DNA from: Pocillopora damicornis
Lineage: Eukaryota
NCBI RefSeq assembly: GCF_003704095.1
Contig: NW_020846501.1
Coordinates: 310,001-374,000, forward strand
Length of the DNA: 64,000 bases
Direction: 5' to 3'
The translations under genes were made by a program, and so were the position numbers. Each line of letters begins with the position of its first letter. Within the stretch, counting starts at the first letter, position 1. This document shows, piece after piece, positions 22,681 through 34,194 of this stretch. The notes beneath the pieces were generated by a model. It was not told the origin of the DNA. It saw only the letters and a list, made by a program, of their open reading frames with translations, and did not search any database.

Positions 22681-25600
22681 CAGATATTTAAGTCTTCATC
22701 AGGATCATCTTCATCAAAGTCATCTGCTTCATCAGGTTGGTAGAACACTTTTCCTTCACCCACAGGGTTTACAGTGACCTCGCTTCTCTCCTCTTCGTGG
22801 TGCATGTAGGGAAGTTTCAGTTTGGATCGAGCTTGGCGCTCATTATCTGTCAGCTTCAGACTGAATGTGAGATTTTTAGTTGGATCAACCTGAAAGATTA
22901 CATTCAATTGATGGTAAAATAACAGCAGAGAAAACTAGCTTTGAACTCACTATTTGTATCTTGCATCACAAGAAAATGTCATTTTCTTCAGTCATTCAAA
23001 AATAAACTTGCACAAGGCTCACCTCATTAACAGATTCACTGACAGCTTTTGAAGAAGAACCATTCCAATCCTTTTCCTCGTATTCAGTCAGTACATGTTT
23101 ATCATTGATGGCAAAGCTTTCAAACTGCAACAACAACCAGATTTGAAATAAGTAAAGCTCCCAACCCACTAAAAGGAAAAATAAAATTTCAACCTAGCTG
23201 TAGTGTCAGTGAGGAGGAAACATCCATCTAAGCATTGTTGATAAAATTTTTACCAACTGTTAGTATTATTGTTAGATTTTGTAAGATATTTACCCACATT
23301 GGGGGTGGGGATTGAAACTATTGATATTAATCAGCTGAAACATTTACAATTACAATCAGTAAATACTCTTGGCAGAACAGGATAAGTTGATTTTAACAAC
23401 TGAGATGATAAATAAGAATTTCCCACCATAGAGAGATTCAGAAGGTTACATTTCATGCTTTAGCCCTTCATCAGAGGGAATCAATGAGTTCCATAGGGCT
23501 AAAACTTGAAACTTCAAATTCTCAACTTGGTTCATTGATAAAACCTATTAATTACCTTGTAATACCTTAGCATCTGCACAATTTCTGTAGAAACTTAAAT
23601 GTCATTCATTTCTAGGTAGAACATCTTACACTGTCATGTACCTTCTTTATCACTTTTCCAGTTTTCCTCTTGTGAAGAACCTTGCACCAGTTCACTGACT
23701 GATCTGCAACACATTTTACCAGTGAAATGATCTATCTTTTGCAGAGGAATGGATATATAATTAATTTTACATATAATTAATTTTACTAAGTCTGAAATAT
23801 CAGTGTGACAAATTTTCATAAATCAAAAATCAAACTCAAATTACATGAATTGCCAGGCATGAAAAATGATATTTCACCTTCAAATTTGCAGCCTTAACCC
23901 TTTTCACCCTAACATCCAAATTCATAAATTCTCTATACTGTTCTCAATACACTTCCTAAGGTACTGACAAGGAGAATTAGTTTAACAATCAAGAGCTTCT
24001 TTAGCTCATGATCATTGCCTATACTCTCCAGACCTTAATGTGTGGTTGAGGGGTGACATTGTTAGGAGAAATTAAATGCTCATCTTGGAATTCAAAGGGT
24101 AAATTTTTTTGTACAAAGCTTGTTGATCTTCTCTGATATGATCAGCTTATTAGACCTGTTTACTACCCTTAACCCTTTAACTCCCAGAAGTGATTACCAA
24201 CTAACTTCTCCCTCTAGCATCCATACATTATACAGCAAACAGGTAATGAGAATACTCAAACTCATCAGGTACAATTTATTACCTTGATTGAACACCTAAT
24301 TCTTATAATCAGTTAACAAGGAAATGTGTAGCAGCTAGAGGGGAGAATTAACACTCAGATCTTGGGAGTTAAAGAGTTAAATAAAAGTTTGAGAAAAGTG
24401 TTATTTCTTTAATCAAAACATTTTTCACCTTTCTCTTCCTTGTCCAGTGTAATCCAAAGAAGTGATGAAGCCAAGAAATTGATAGTATTTAATGTCTGGT
24501 CATCGTGAAGATCAGAATGCACTAAAGCAACAACTTGAACCACTTGATAACCTGACAAGGAAATTTATGAACAAAAAACCAATCTTTACCAGAGCAACAC
24601 TACAACAACTAAAATAAAATAAAATTATTTTGCTGTGGGTCTGAGTGGGTGGGTGGAAGAAGCTCTTGATTGTTGAGCAAATTCTTCATGTCAGAACCCT
24701 CCAAAATGTCTAAGGAGTGGTATAGAGAATATGCATACTGATCTTAGGGAGTAAAGGGTTTAAATAACTTCTTCTATAAGTGGCTGCCAATGTTGTTATA
24801 GGCAACTGTGCCCTAAAAAAGAGCTGCAGGGCAAAAGCCAAATACCAGAGCCTGCTTGCAGGCTAAAAAGATGACAGCAAGAGGTCTTACAGGCAGCGAT
24901 AGACAAAATGGTTCTTCCCTGTCAGTTGCAGTATTCCTACTCCCTCCTGGATGGGACCTCAATGATCCTTTACAACCCAGAATAGTTAAAAAGTTTTCAA
25001 AGAATGATTACCTTCCTGTGAGTGTGATGAGTTGGAGTACAGTTGATTTAGTAGTGTGCACACCATTGCCGAAGATTTCCACAGTAAAAGCCTACTCAAT
25101 GAATTGAATACAACAGCTACCTTAACGACATCACCTGGAAAATAAGTAGCAATGACACAGAAGTGTAAGTCATTGAGCAACACAAACCAGTAGTAGTAAA
25201 AGCAACTTAACACTTGCACCCCTTAGAGTGACTAGCATCTAATTTCTCCTCACAATATCACCCCTGAATCACATATTANNNNNNNNNNNNNNNNNNNNNN
25301 NNNNNNNNNNNNNNNNNNNNNNNNNNNNNNNNNNNNNNNNNNNNNNNNNNNNNNNNNNNNNNNNNNNNNNNNNNNNNNAGCATGGAGAAATTCTGTCTTG
25401 GTCACTCACATGTAACTTCTGCTTATAATATCCATACATTATCAAACAAACAAGTAATGACTAAAAAATAAACTTATCGATAAGAAGTTGTGATCCATCA
25501 CTAAATTCTTGTAACTAAGCTAAGAGGAAATTTGTAGAAGCAAGCAGGGAGAATTGACAATCAGATATTGGGAGTTAAAGAACGAAATATAGGTTGCCTT

Positions 25601-27033
25601 GAGATGGTTTTAGTATGTATTTCTTTTCTCACAACTGACAGAGGAACTTGATTCCTGGCACAAAAATCCCCTTCTAACAAAGAATAAATTCACAGCTTAT
25701 GACCGTAAAGTAAAAGTATAAAGGCTGACAACTGCAAAGTGAAAAAAGATTGTCTTGCCTTGTAAGATTCCATCCAAGAGGATCTGAAAAGCCATCATAG
25801 CAATAAATTCTAAGAATGAAGAGAATTCAATGGAAAAATCTTGAGTTTACATGCTTAACAATCGGAACAGCTATCATACATTTAACATAACCTTACCTGA
25901 AAAAAAAATTATGACTACAGAAGGATTTAAGATTGCTTTTGTAACTTTCTATTACCAACCAAGATATCACAAGAATCACAGCGGAAAGCAAAAAAATATG
26001 AAAATGGCTGGTCTGTTAACCTTTCTTTCAAGTGTGGGTCAAATGAATCAACAAACTGCTGTGGTGGTACATCCCAGAGTACTACATGCACATAGTCAGC
26101 CCTGGAAAAATAAATAAATAAATAAAATGCTGAAATTATGTCAAGGATTCAACAAATACTAGAAACTACTTTTCCAAATACTTTAAAACTAACCAGACAG
26201 CTGTGATAAAAAAGGCCAACCTATTATGCAAGAAATACCACATCAGCTTAAGTATAGATAGCCAGTTAATAAATGATGACTTACTTCCTTCCCTCTACAT
26301 TTCCCTAACCCTCCTCTAAATATAAACCTGTGCATCAGAACAAAAAGTAATTTTGACAAAAAAAGAACATCAATTTAAAAAAAATTGTGTTTATTCTGAT
26401 CTGATTTAACTCCCATTGGTCAAAATGCACCATGCCAATTATTAAGCTGCAAATTAAAATGAACAATGTGTCTCAGTCAAGAGAGTCTCGATAGAGCTGG
26501 GGTGAGACAGGAATTAATGCCATTTGTTTATATTAGCTTACTAAATTTTCATTTGAGCTCACTGTACAAGATGTTGTTGTTTTTAGAACTAGTTGCCATT
26601 TTTCATACATATTTTCCTGGGATATTTCCCAGTCCAATACAGACCATGCTGCATTTTGAACATGTTACCCTGCTAACCCTGCGCGTTGGTTTGGAATTGT
26701 TTTGTTCCTTCTTTTCAATGAACTTAAATGACGCTTTGCACAATTTCAACATTGGTTCAATTCAATGGATGATCCATCTTGCATTTCACAATTTTCTCGT
26801 TTGCAAAAATTACCTCTCCAGTAGCGACTTCACAAAACAACAGAGCAGGGGCTTACCATTTCGATTCACATCATCTGGAAAATAATGATAAAAATGTTTA
26901 ACTGTTAGACGTTCATCTGTAAGATGAACTTTGTCGAATTTTCAACTGCACCAGTTCGAGCGCTTGAAAACTCACCATGAATGAGAACAAGATGAGAATT
27001 TTCTTTTCCATTTATAACATCTCCGAGAAGCAT
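22680..27033 (-). CDS. ELP5: Elongator complex protein 5 (multi-exon)
   Basis: Exons ~27033-26976, 26874-26814, 26101-26021, 25809-25759, (25673-25633, uncertain), 25134-25012, 24551-24429, 23703-23642, 23124-23023, 22889-22680. Motifs YDGFSDPLGW, ALVHSDLH, DPTKNLTFSLKL...LPY and FYQPDEADDFDEDDPDEDLNI. The stop codon abuts the gap. Confidence 0.9.
24169..24380. mobile_element. piggyBac-like MITE in an ELP5 intron
   Basis: ttaaccctttaactccca...tgggagttaaagagttaa. Confidence 0.8.
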
Positions 27034-27269
27034 TTTCCACCTGTTTTTTCACAATAATGAAAAGTACTCTAGCACAGTGTTCACGCGATCCGCCATTTTG
27101 GCCGCTTTGTTAGCGTAGACCTGGGACCAGACAGCGCAAGAGTAGACAAAATGGTCAGCGGAAATGTAACCTAGCAACAGTGCGTCCATGACAACACATT
27201 TTCATTGAAACGAAACAAATAGTTCTCATTACACTTCTAATTGCTTTTTCCAGAACTTCGAGAACAAGA
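27034..27269. promoter_or_regulatory. Bidirectional promoter ELP5/CFAP107 with RFX X-boxes and a YY1 motif
   Basis: GTAACCTAGCAAC at 27166-27178, GCGTCCATGACAAC at 27182-27195, CCGCCATTTTG at 27090-27100. Confidence 0.7.
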
Positions 27270-30192
27270 ATGGAAGAACACGCAGATGCGAAATGGAATT
27301 TACCGGGCTGGAGAATAGAGCAGAAGTACAGCACTGATGTACTGATCGGGAATTGGAACGAAGAACGTCGAGTGGTAAGTAGCGCTCCTTCTTTTTAGTA
27401 GGGTTGAACATCCCATCATGCGGATGTGAAATAATTTCTCGGCACAATAGAACCCAACAAGCTGTGAATAATTAGCTGCGTAATATCAGCTTGCTAAGAT
27501 CCAATTTTCCTTATTTCTTCAATGCTTAATAAGCCACATCCAAAAGAATTCTCTCATTCAATTTCCCATCGAAACTGTCAAAAGTCACTCGTGACTTTTA
27601 CAATTTTGACTGAAATGCCCATTGTTGAAATAATTTTAATTCCAATAACTGAATTGCGTATTTGCTTGAACAGTTGTAGCGATGATAAACATCTTCTTTG
27701 GGAAAGAGCCAGAATCAAAGATCAAAAATATGAATCATTATGACATTACTTGATTAACTAATACTTAGTCGAATAATTTTATTATTTTTTTTGTAGATGT
27801 GTTTTGTATTCTTTTTGTTCACTAAACTTACGTGAATATTTTGTACTGAATTCCTGACCCGCTAGTAGGCTGCAGTCGCTCAAATGGAGAAAAGGAATTT
27901 ACTTAATGAACAAGAGTTTGAAATTTAGGAATAGATTAAAATATTTTGTTTAGAAGCTTATTAAATTTAACAGCAGTTTGGTAATAATTTCTGGTATTTA
28001 TATATTCAAGCATTTCACACAATTTACTTGCGCAATCAGTTTTGAGCATGAATTTTTTGATGGCTTTTTAATGAACATTAGTTTCTTTCCTGAAAACAGT
28101 TGGTGGGATGCTTATTGCACGTTTCTCGGTCTGACAGGCTTCCACTACAGAAATTTCTAAATTTTACTTTCAACTTCTTTGACCACCAGTAGGGCACTTT
28201 TCTGTAGTTTTCGAACTATATTCTCTACTGATTAGTCACAAGTGCTTCTCTTCCCCTTGCTCAATTACTGAAAATGACAGGGAGAAAGGGAACAATTCAA
28301 TTGAGACAGTTTTCTTGGCAGGGCCCCAGAAGTGCCAATTTTCTCTTCCAAAAGACAAAACTTAATTAAAATTAAATTTCACAGCTATTATATTGTTGTG
28401 TTTTTTCTTCAGTTTGGACGTGGTGACTCACACTTTGGTAGTACTCACAGAGTGGACTTCAAAAATTATGGAAAATTTCTACCAGATGTCACAACCAGAC
28501 GAAAAGCTCTTCAGCAACATAATGTAAGTTAGTAGTTAAAATATAAATTACAACAAAATTGTTTTCTATCAACATTGCAGGCAAAATTTTATCTTTTTGT
28601 TGCACTGTCCAGGAACTTCCAGTGCCTCTAAAGATAATTGTTGTTAAAGGACTGAAAGATTATAGCCTTGGCTCTGGTTGTTGAGGGTGAATAAAACCAC
28701 CCAAGAGAAAACTGCATAATAAGTCCCTAAACTTATTCTTTCCCTCTCAGGATCTATAAGCTATTTATCTTAACTGGTGGCCATAGCTTTCTTTGTTGAC
28801 CATTAGTAAGAATTTGAAGCTAAATGAAAAAAAAGTCCACAATCCTGAAGAACATTATTTTTCTACTTCTGACTAACTCCTTGTCGGACAGTCTATTAAA
28901 TTTATCTCGAGAATGTCTAGAACCATTGCCCCTGAGATTGAAAGAAGTAATAAATCACTCCCTAGATTGTGATAAATCCACAAGGTACCCAAAGTTCTAT
29001 CTAGCTAAGCCACAAGTGAGAAACTCATATCTTTGAACAACTTTTATAACCTTCTGTATATGATAGTTCTAAGAACTGGCTGCCCTAAATTTAAAATCAA
29101 GAGCCTCCTAGCATCCATTTTTTTTTCTAACAGCACAGCTTCAATTTCAATATCCCCCCTTTGTAAAGTTTAAGCCTGATGAAAAAAAAATAGTTTGTAA
29201 ATTAACAAATAAATGTGTTATTCTATCGAATAGTTTCTTTCTTTAACGTTTATTGATTATTTCAGGGGCTAGGAAAAGAGTTCATATTCTCCCATCATCA
29301 AAAAGCTTATGAGGGCAACAGAATATCCTGGTATGACCAACAGTTTAACAAGCGTGAGATTACAGAGTCAAGGCTGCCACCACTGAGGAGCTGGGACAGG
29401 CAAAAGTTGGCCTGGGCACCAGAGAAATCTGATTACCCTACCCAAGGTTTGTTCTAAGTAGACTCTTCATCACCAAAGAGGAATTTCTCCTGTATCAACC
29501 CATTCTCAATTCTTTCAGTGCATGACATGTTGATGAAAGTGGCATGGTCAGTACTCTTATCAACAACAGCAAATTGGCCAATCAGATTGCAACATTACTG
29601 CTAATTGTGATAAAAAAAAACAAGGTTCAAAATAATGAAATAGAGCTTTCCTTGAGAGTACTTTTGATGTCATTTAGATTTACATTCTCTGATAGTATGC
29701 TTGACTGTTCAACTATGACAAGGACAGTGGAACAACAAACTGGGGAAGTTCAAAACCCAATACCATGAAAGTTTCTATAGAGACTTGGGTGTAGGTTCTC
29801 TGCAAAAAGTTATCCCCAAGTTATCGTTCCATGAATTAGACGGGTAGTTAATATCAATTTTTTTTTTCAATGTTTATCTAGGACCTCCTACAAACTACGG
29901 ACTTCTGAAGAAACTTCAGCAGAAGTGGAAGAATGAGGCAGCTTTGGAAAAACTTGGGACAAATGTGTCCACTTACAACATATCGTTCACCCAACATCCA
30001 AAAGAATTATTTACATTTCAACACCATGCAATACCAAAAAGTCTCTCATGTCACTTCCATCCACATAACATCAACAAAGATCTGCATTTACGAGGGAAAC
30101 AGCTCAGCACTGCTCCAGAATTTCCTCCAACTCTTGCCATTCCACACAATGTTCCTCCAAACTTTCCACAATCAACCATACTGGCAATTTAA
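27270..30192 (+). CDS. CFAP107: Cilia- and flagella-associated protein 107 (C1orf158 homolog)
   Basis: Exons 27270-27374, 28413-28523, 29266-29446, 29882-30192 splice in frame. WRIEQKYSTDVLIGNWNEERR, LPPLRSWDRQKLAWAPEKSDYP and PPTNYGL match C1orf158 as recalled. Confidence 0.9.
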
Positions 30193-30380
30193 AATCATTT
30201 TCATAAAAAAAAGAAAATTGTGGAAATTTTTTTGTGCATATCACTTTTCTGTGATAACTTTTTCCTTACACAACAACTGCTCCCAACTTTATTTATTCAT
30301 GTTTTTATATGTAAATAAATAGATACCATGAAAAAATACTTTTTGGATTGCCTATCTAATTAAAAGTGACCCTTTTTGGG

Positions 30381-30596
30381 TTAACCCCTTAACTCCCACG
30401 ATCTGGTTGTCAGTTCTCCCCTTTAGCTGCTGCACATTTCCTTGAAATTAGTTACAAGAATTAAATTTTAGATCAAGAAAACAACTTCTTCCTGCAGATA
30501 ACTTTGGGTTAATTCTCATTACCTGCTTACTGGATAATGTATGGATACAATAAAGAGAAGTTAGATGTTGATCACTTCTGGTAGTTTAAGGGTTAA
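30381..30596. mobile_element. piggyBac-like MITE
   Basis: ttaaccccttaactccc...gtttaagggttaa. Confidence 0.75.
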
Positions 30597-31325
30597 AAGT
30601 TGCTTAATTTGATGACTTAGCAAAGATAATTCAAAAGTTGTTTTATATCTGTTGATTAAGGTCACCTGCACATAATACTGTAACAGTCACTATGGGTGAT
30701 ACAAACAACACAGTGAGGTTGTAATTAGTAATTCTGGATACACAAACAATAGGCAGACTGGAAATAAGTAAGTACATAATATTCTATATTGACTTTGCCA
30801 CAGAAATTATACTCTTTAAAAATTGTCTAGCATTATCATTACCAATGATTATCACAATACTTGAATGATTTATTGACTGTTATGCAGACTTGGAAAGCAA
30901 CCAAATAGTTGCAGAATCTCTTCTTAAAGTAATGTGGTCTTTTTTATTATAACTACCAAAATATTGGCCCTTAATGTAACTCTGACAGGTTATAAATTAC
31001 TGAGCTTGTAATTTGAGCCATTCAGTGGAAATGAGCTAATTATTCATCTGAGACACATATACCATTACTGTTTGGTTTTTGTAAAAGGTCACACAATGAT
31101 TTGTACAATTTATGACAAAAATGTTTAGTAATATATTTTCAAAATAAAACAGCACCATTCACACAGAAAATATTGGCAGTGTTGACTTTTCTTTTTAACT
31201 AATTATTCTTTCCTTTATATTGAATTTTTGCATTCTTTTATCAAAAAGCTTACCACCTTGTGTTACATTCATTTAAACATTCTTCACTTCCACTACTTTG
31301 CATACTGCTTCACGCTTGCTGTTGG

Positions 31326-33807
31326 TCATTTTTTATTTGCAGGCCTAAAAAACTGTTCTTGAAAACTCTCTGGAACAGCAATCAGTAGCACCTGTTCAAG
31401 GACTATAGCAGTGAGACCCCAAATCTTGCGAGGTCCATTGAGAAATAATGGATAGACAGTCTGAGATGTAAACTTGGTATAGCCTCGATTGAGTGGATTA
31501 CAGACATGTGCCAGTGAAAGAGTGAAGACAGATTCCACCTACAGACACGAAATTTATAAAATTAATTAAGCTTTTGGTTCTAAGATATCTTTTCATTCTT
31601 TTCCTCCTTTCAAGCCTGTCCACGTTTTAATCCCTAGAATTTCCTAATAAATAAGTGATATTGTGAAATCTCAGTTTTTAATGATAATTTAACCCTTTCA
31701 CTCCCAAGATCAATTTTAATTCTCCATACTGTCTGCCATACAAAGCTTACAATTCTATTCTAAGAATTTAGTATTGGATCAACTATTATAATCCCCTAGT
31801 TTTATATTTTTCTTTATTTTCATCACTCTTCTTCTTGATATTGTTTTGACATTGTGTTTATGTTACCCAGATCAATACACTGGCCAGGAATAAAATTTTA
31901 CACATGACTAAAAGAAAAGTTTGAAAAGCTGTTGTTATTATTTTCATTATTGATTCCTTACCTCCTCTGGGTTTAATTTAAGAGAATTCACATCAATTTC
32001 TCCAAGAAAACCAATGACAGGGGTGACAGCTTTTTTACCAGTCTAAAATAAAATTTACAATGACAGTCATAAATGAATGAAAATATTGCAGAACTACATG
32101 GACATCACACTAGTCTCATCTCACCATGAACTTTTCTGCTCCACCAGCAACTTTCAGCTGTAACAAAATAACTGACAAATGCATGCGTGGCATCCTAGTC
32201 AACAATGAGTCTTACACCCTTTCACTCACTTAAAGTAATTCTTCTTATTCAGTCCACCATACAGTTTTTATGATGTTAGTTTAGAGAATTTAGAATTGGA
32301 TCAATTAATAATCCCCTAATAGATATTTTTATTTTTTCTTGTCTCTTGTCTTCTTGATAATTGTAAAGGAAAAAATTATGTCTTGGTCACCCCTGATAGT
32401 TAAAAGGTTAATTCAAATATTAGTGTTAAAATCTGTCCCACAGATATAAAATTTATCATTTCTACAACTGAGGGAGGTGCAGTGGTATACTGGTGAGTGA
32501 TATAGACTCCCAGTTGAGAGGTCCGAGTTCGAAACCAAGCCTGTGTTGCATTCTTGGGCAAGATACTTTACTCTCATGGTGCTTCGGCCTCCACATATGA
32601 GTATGAATGGGTAAGGGCAAATTTTTAGGGAATCCTGATGAAATGCTGGGGGGTAATTTTGCCACAGACCAGTGTCCCATCCATCGGGGGAGTAGTATTT
32701 ACTCCTAGTCACTTCATGCTGCTTAGAAACTGCAATAAGCTCCACCTGGGTGGGCTAATAAGCTCATATACAGACTTTTTCACAATTTTATAATCATATA
32801 AATGTAGATACCCGATCTGGAAATGCTGGCATCTGCACCCAGACTTGAACATGACTTCTCTCCAGTCCTAATTCCTCTTCCATTTCCCGAACAGCTGTGT
32901 CTACAATACTGTTATCTTCAGGATCTCTCTTACCACCTGGAAAACTATGAAATGATGGCAATAAGTCATTACATAAAAGATTCATACCAGCCTAAACTAT
33001 GCCAGGAATCAAGAAACATCAATCAATTTAAATTATCCGATATTAAATCTCAGATTGCTTATTAAGTTTAATACCAAACTTGGATGAACAGCTCAACTTG
33101 ATTATGCGATGAGGTTCAAAGACATTCACAAAGAAGGAAAAAGGGAAGGAAAAAAATGGATTTTAGCAGAGGCAGTTCTACAAGATGGCTCTATTGACTG
33201 TTTTCAAGTCGAACTGCAATTTGGAGTGTTGGTTTTTGAGGTGAGATGAAAGCCAGAGAACCTAGAGAGAAACAACAACCAACAATAAAAACATATGATC
33301 TAACTCAGGCCATATCAGACAGAGGCCAGTCCTTCCACCATTGCCGTATCTCTGCCTCCACAATAACCATTGATTATTATCATGATTTACAGATAATTAA
33401 GAGAGTGACCTCAAGAGATTAGCAACTAACCTTACTTCTCCTTTGTGACTGTTTAATTGACTGGAACGAAGAGTAAAAAGCACTGAGGGAACAGAGTTCA
33501 CAAGACAGAAAGGGACAAATACAGCAGCCTCCTCAGAGCACCTTGCCAGCAAAGACTTAGGAGTTCTCATTTTTCCAAGCTGCCCGACAAGGCGGTCTTT
33601 ATTCTCCTCTGAAAAGGCATCACTGAAATTTGAACATGTTCCTGTCAAACTGGACGTTCTTATTGTTCTTGAATTGCGACTTCTTGGAAAGAAAGGCGAG
33701 CTGCTGGAACGACTAATATTTGATGAGAATTCAGAGGAGGTCGGGTAACATCTTGAAAACCGTAGTTTACGAAGAACTCTTGCGCCTTGTGTCGTCGTGG
33801 AGTTCAT
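31326..33807 (-). CDS. NUDT8: Nudix CoA diphosphatase, NUDT8-like, with an Arg/Ser-rich mitochondrial-type leader
   Basis: Exons 33807-33431, 32944-32812, 32042-31962, 31538-31326. AAVFVP, LFTLRSSQLNSHKGEVSFPGG, Nudix box TAVREMEEELGL, NPEEV, IWGLTA. Confidence 0.9.
32471..32780 (+). mobile_element. Full-length tRNA-head SINE (Deu/Nin-like body)
   Basis: tRNA-like head with gttcgaaacc, then ttcttgggcaagatactttactctca and tcccatcca...ggggagtag...cttcatgct...aaactgcaataagctcc tail; tail-only copy at ~43388-43450. Confidence 0.75.
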
Positions 33808-34194
33808 TTAGAACGTTTTTCCCTTCCAACTGAAGGTAGAGTTTCGACGTGTAAAAATAAAATTACAAAAATGACGCAAACAATTTCACTAAGATATGCA
33901 AAATTTTCGACGAAGTAATAACTGAATTACGACAATCTCTTTGACGAAGCAGCGCCACCTTATATTAGCCTCATAGCAGTACAACTTTCTGCCTGAATGT
34001 TGTAGCTTTACAAATCAGCTTTTCTATAAACACGTTAGTTGACCAAAAACGAGCATTCATCGTGGACTTCTTTTCATGGTTCATTTGAATTTCGCCGCCA
34101 TTTTGACGTTTCATAATCAAGTGTTTATGTAATTTACATGAATATTCTTCTTTTGTTAAAAAGCCGCTGTGCACTATAGAGCCTTCAGTCAAAC

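Noticed and set aside
27043-27096. N-terminal extension of ELP5 from ATG 27096 via a tiny intron
   Set aside because: It would need an intron of only ~27 nt, which is implausibly short; treated as a uORF instead.
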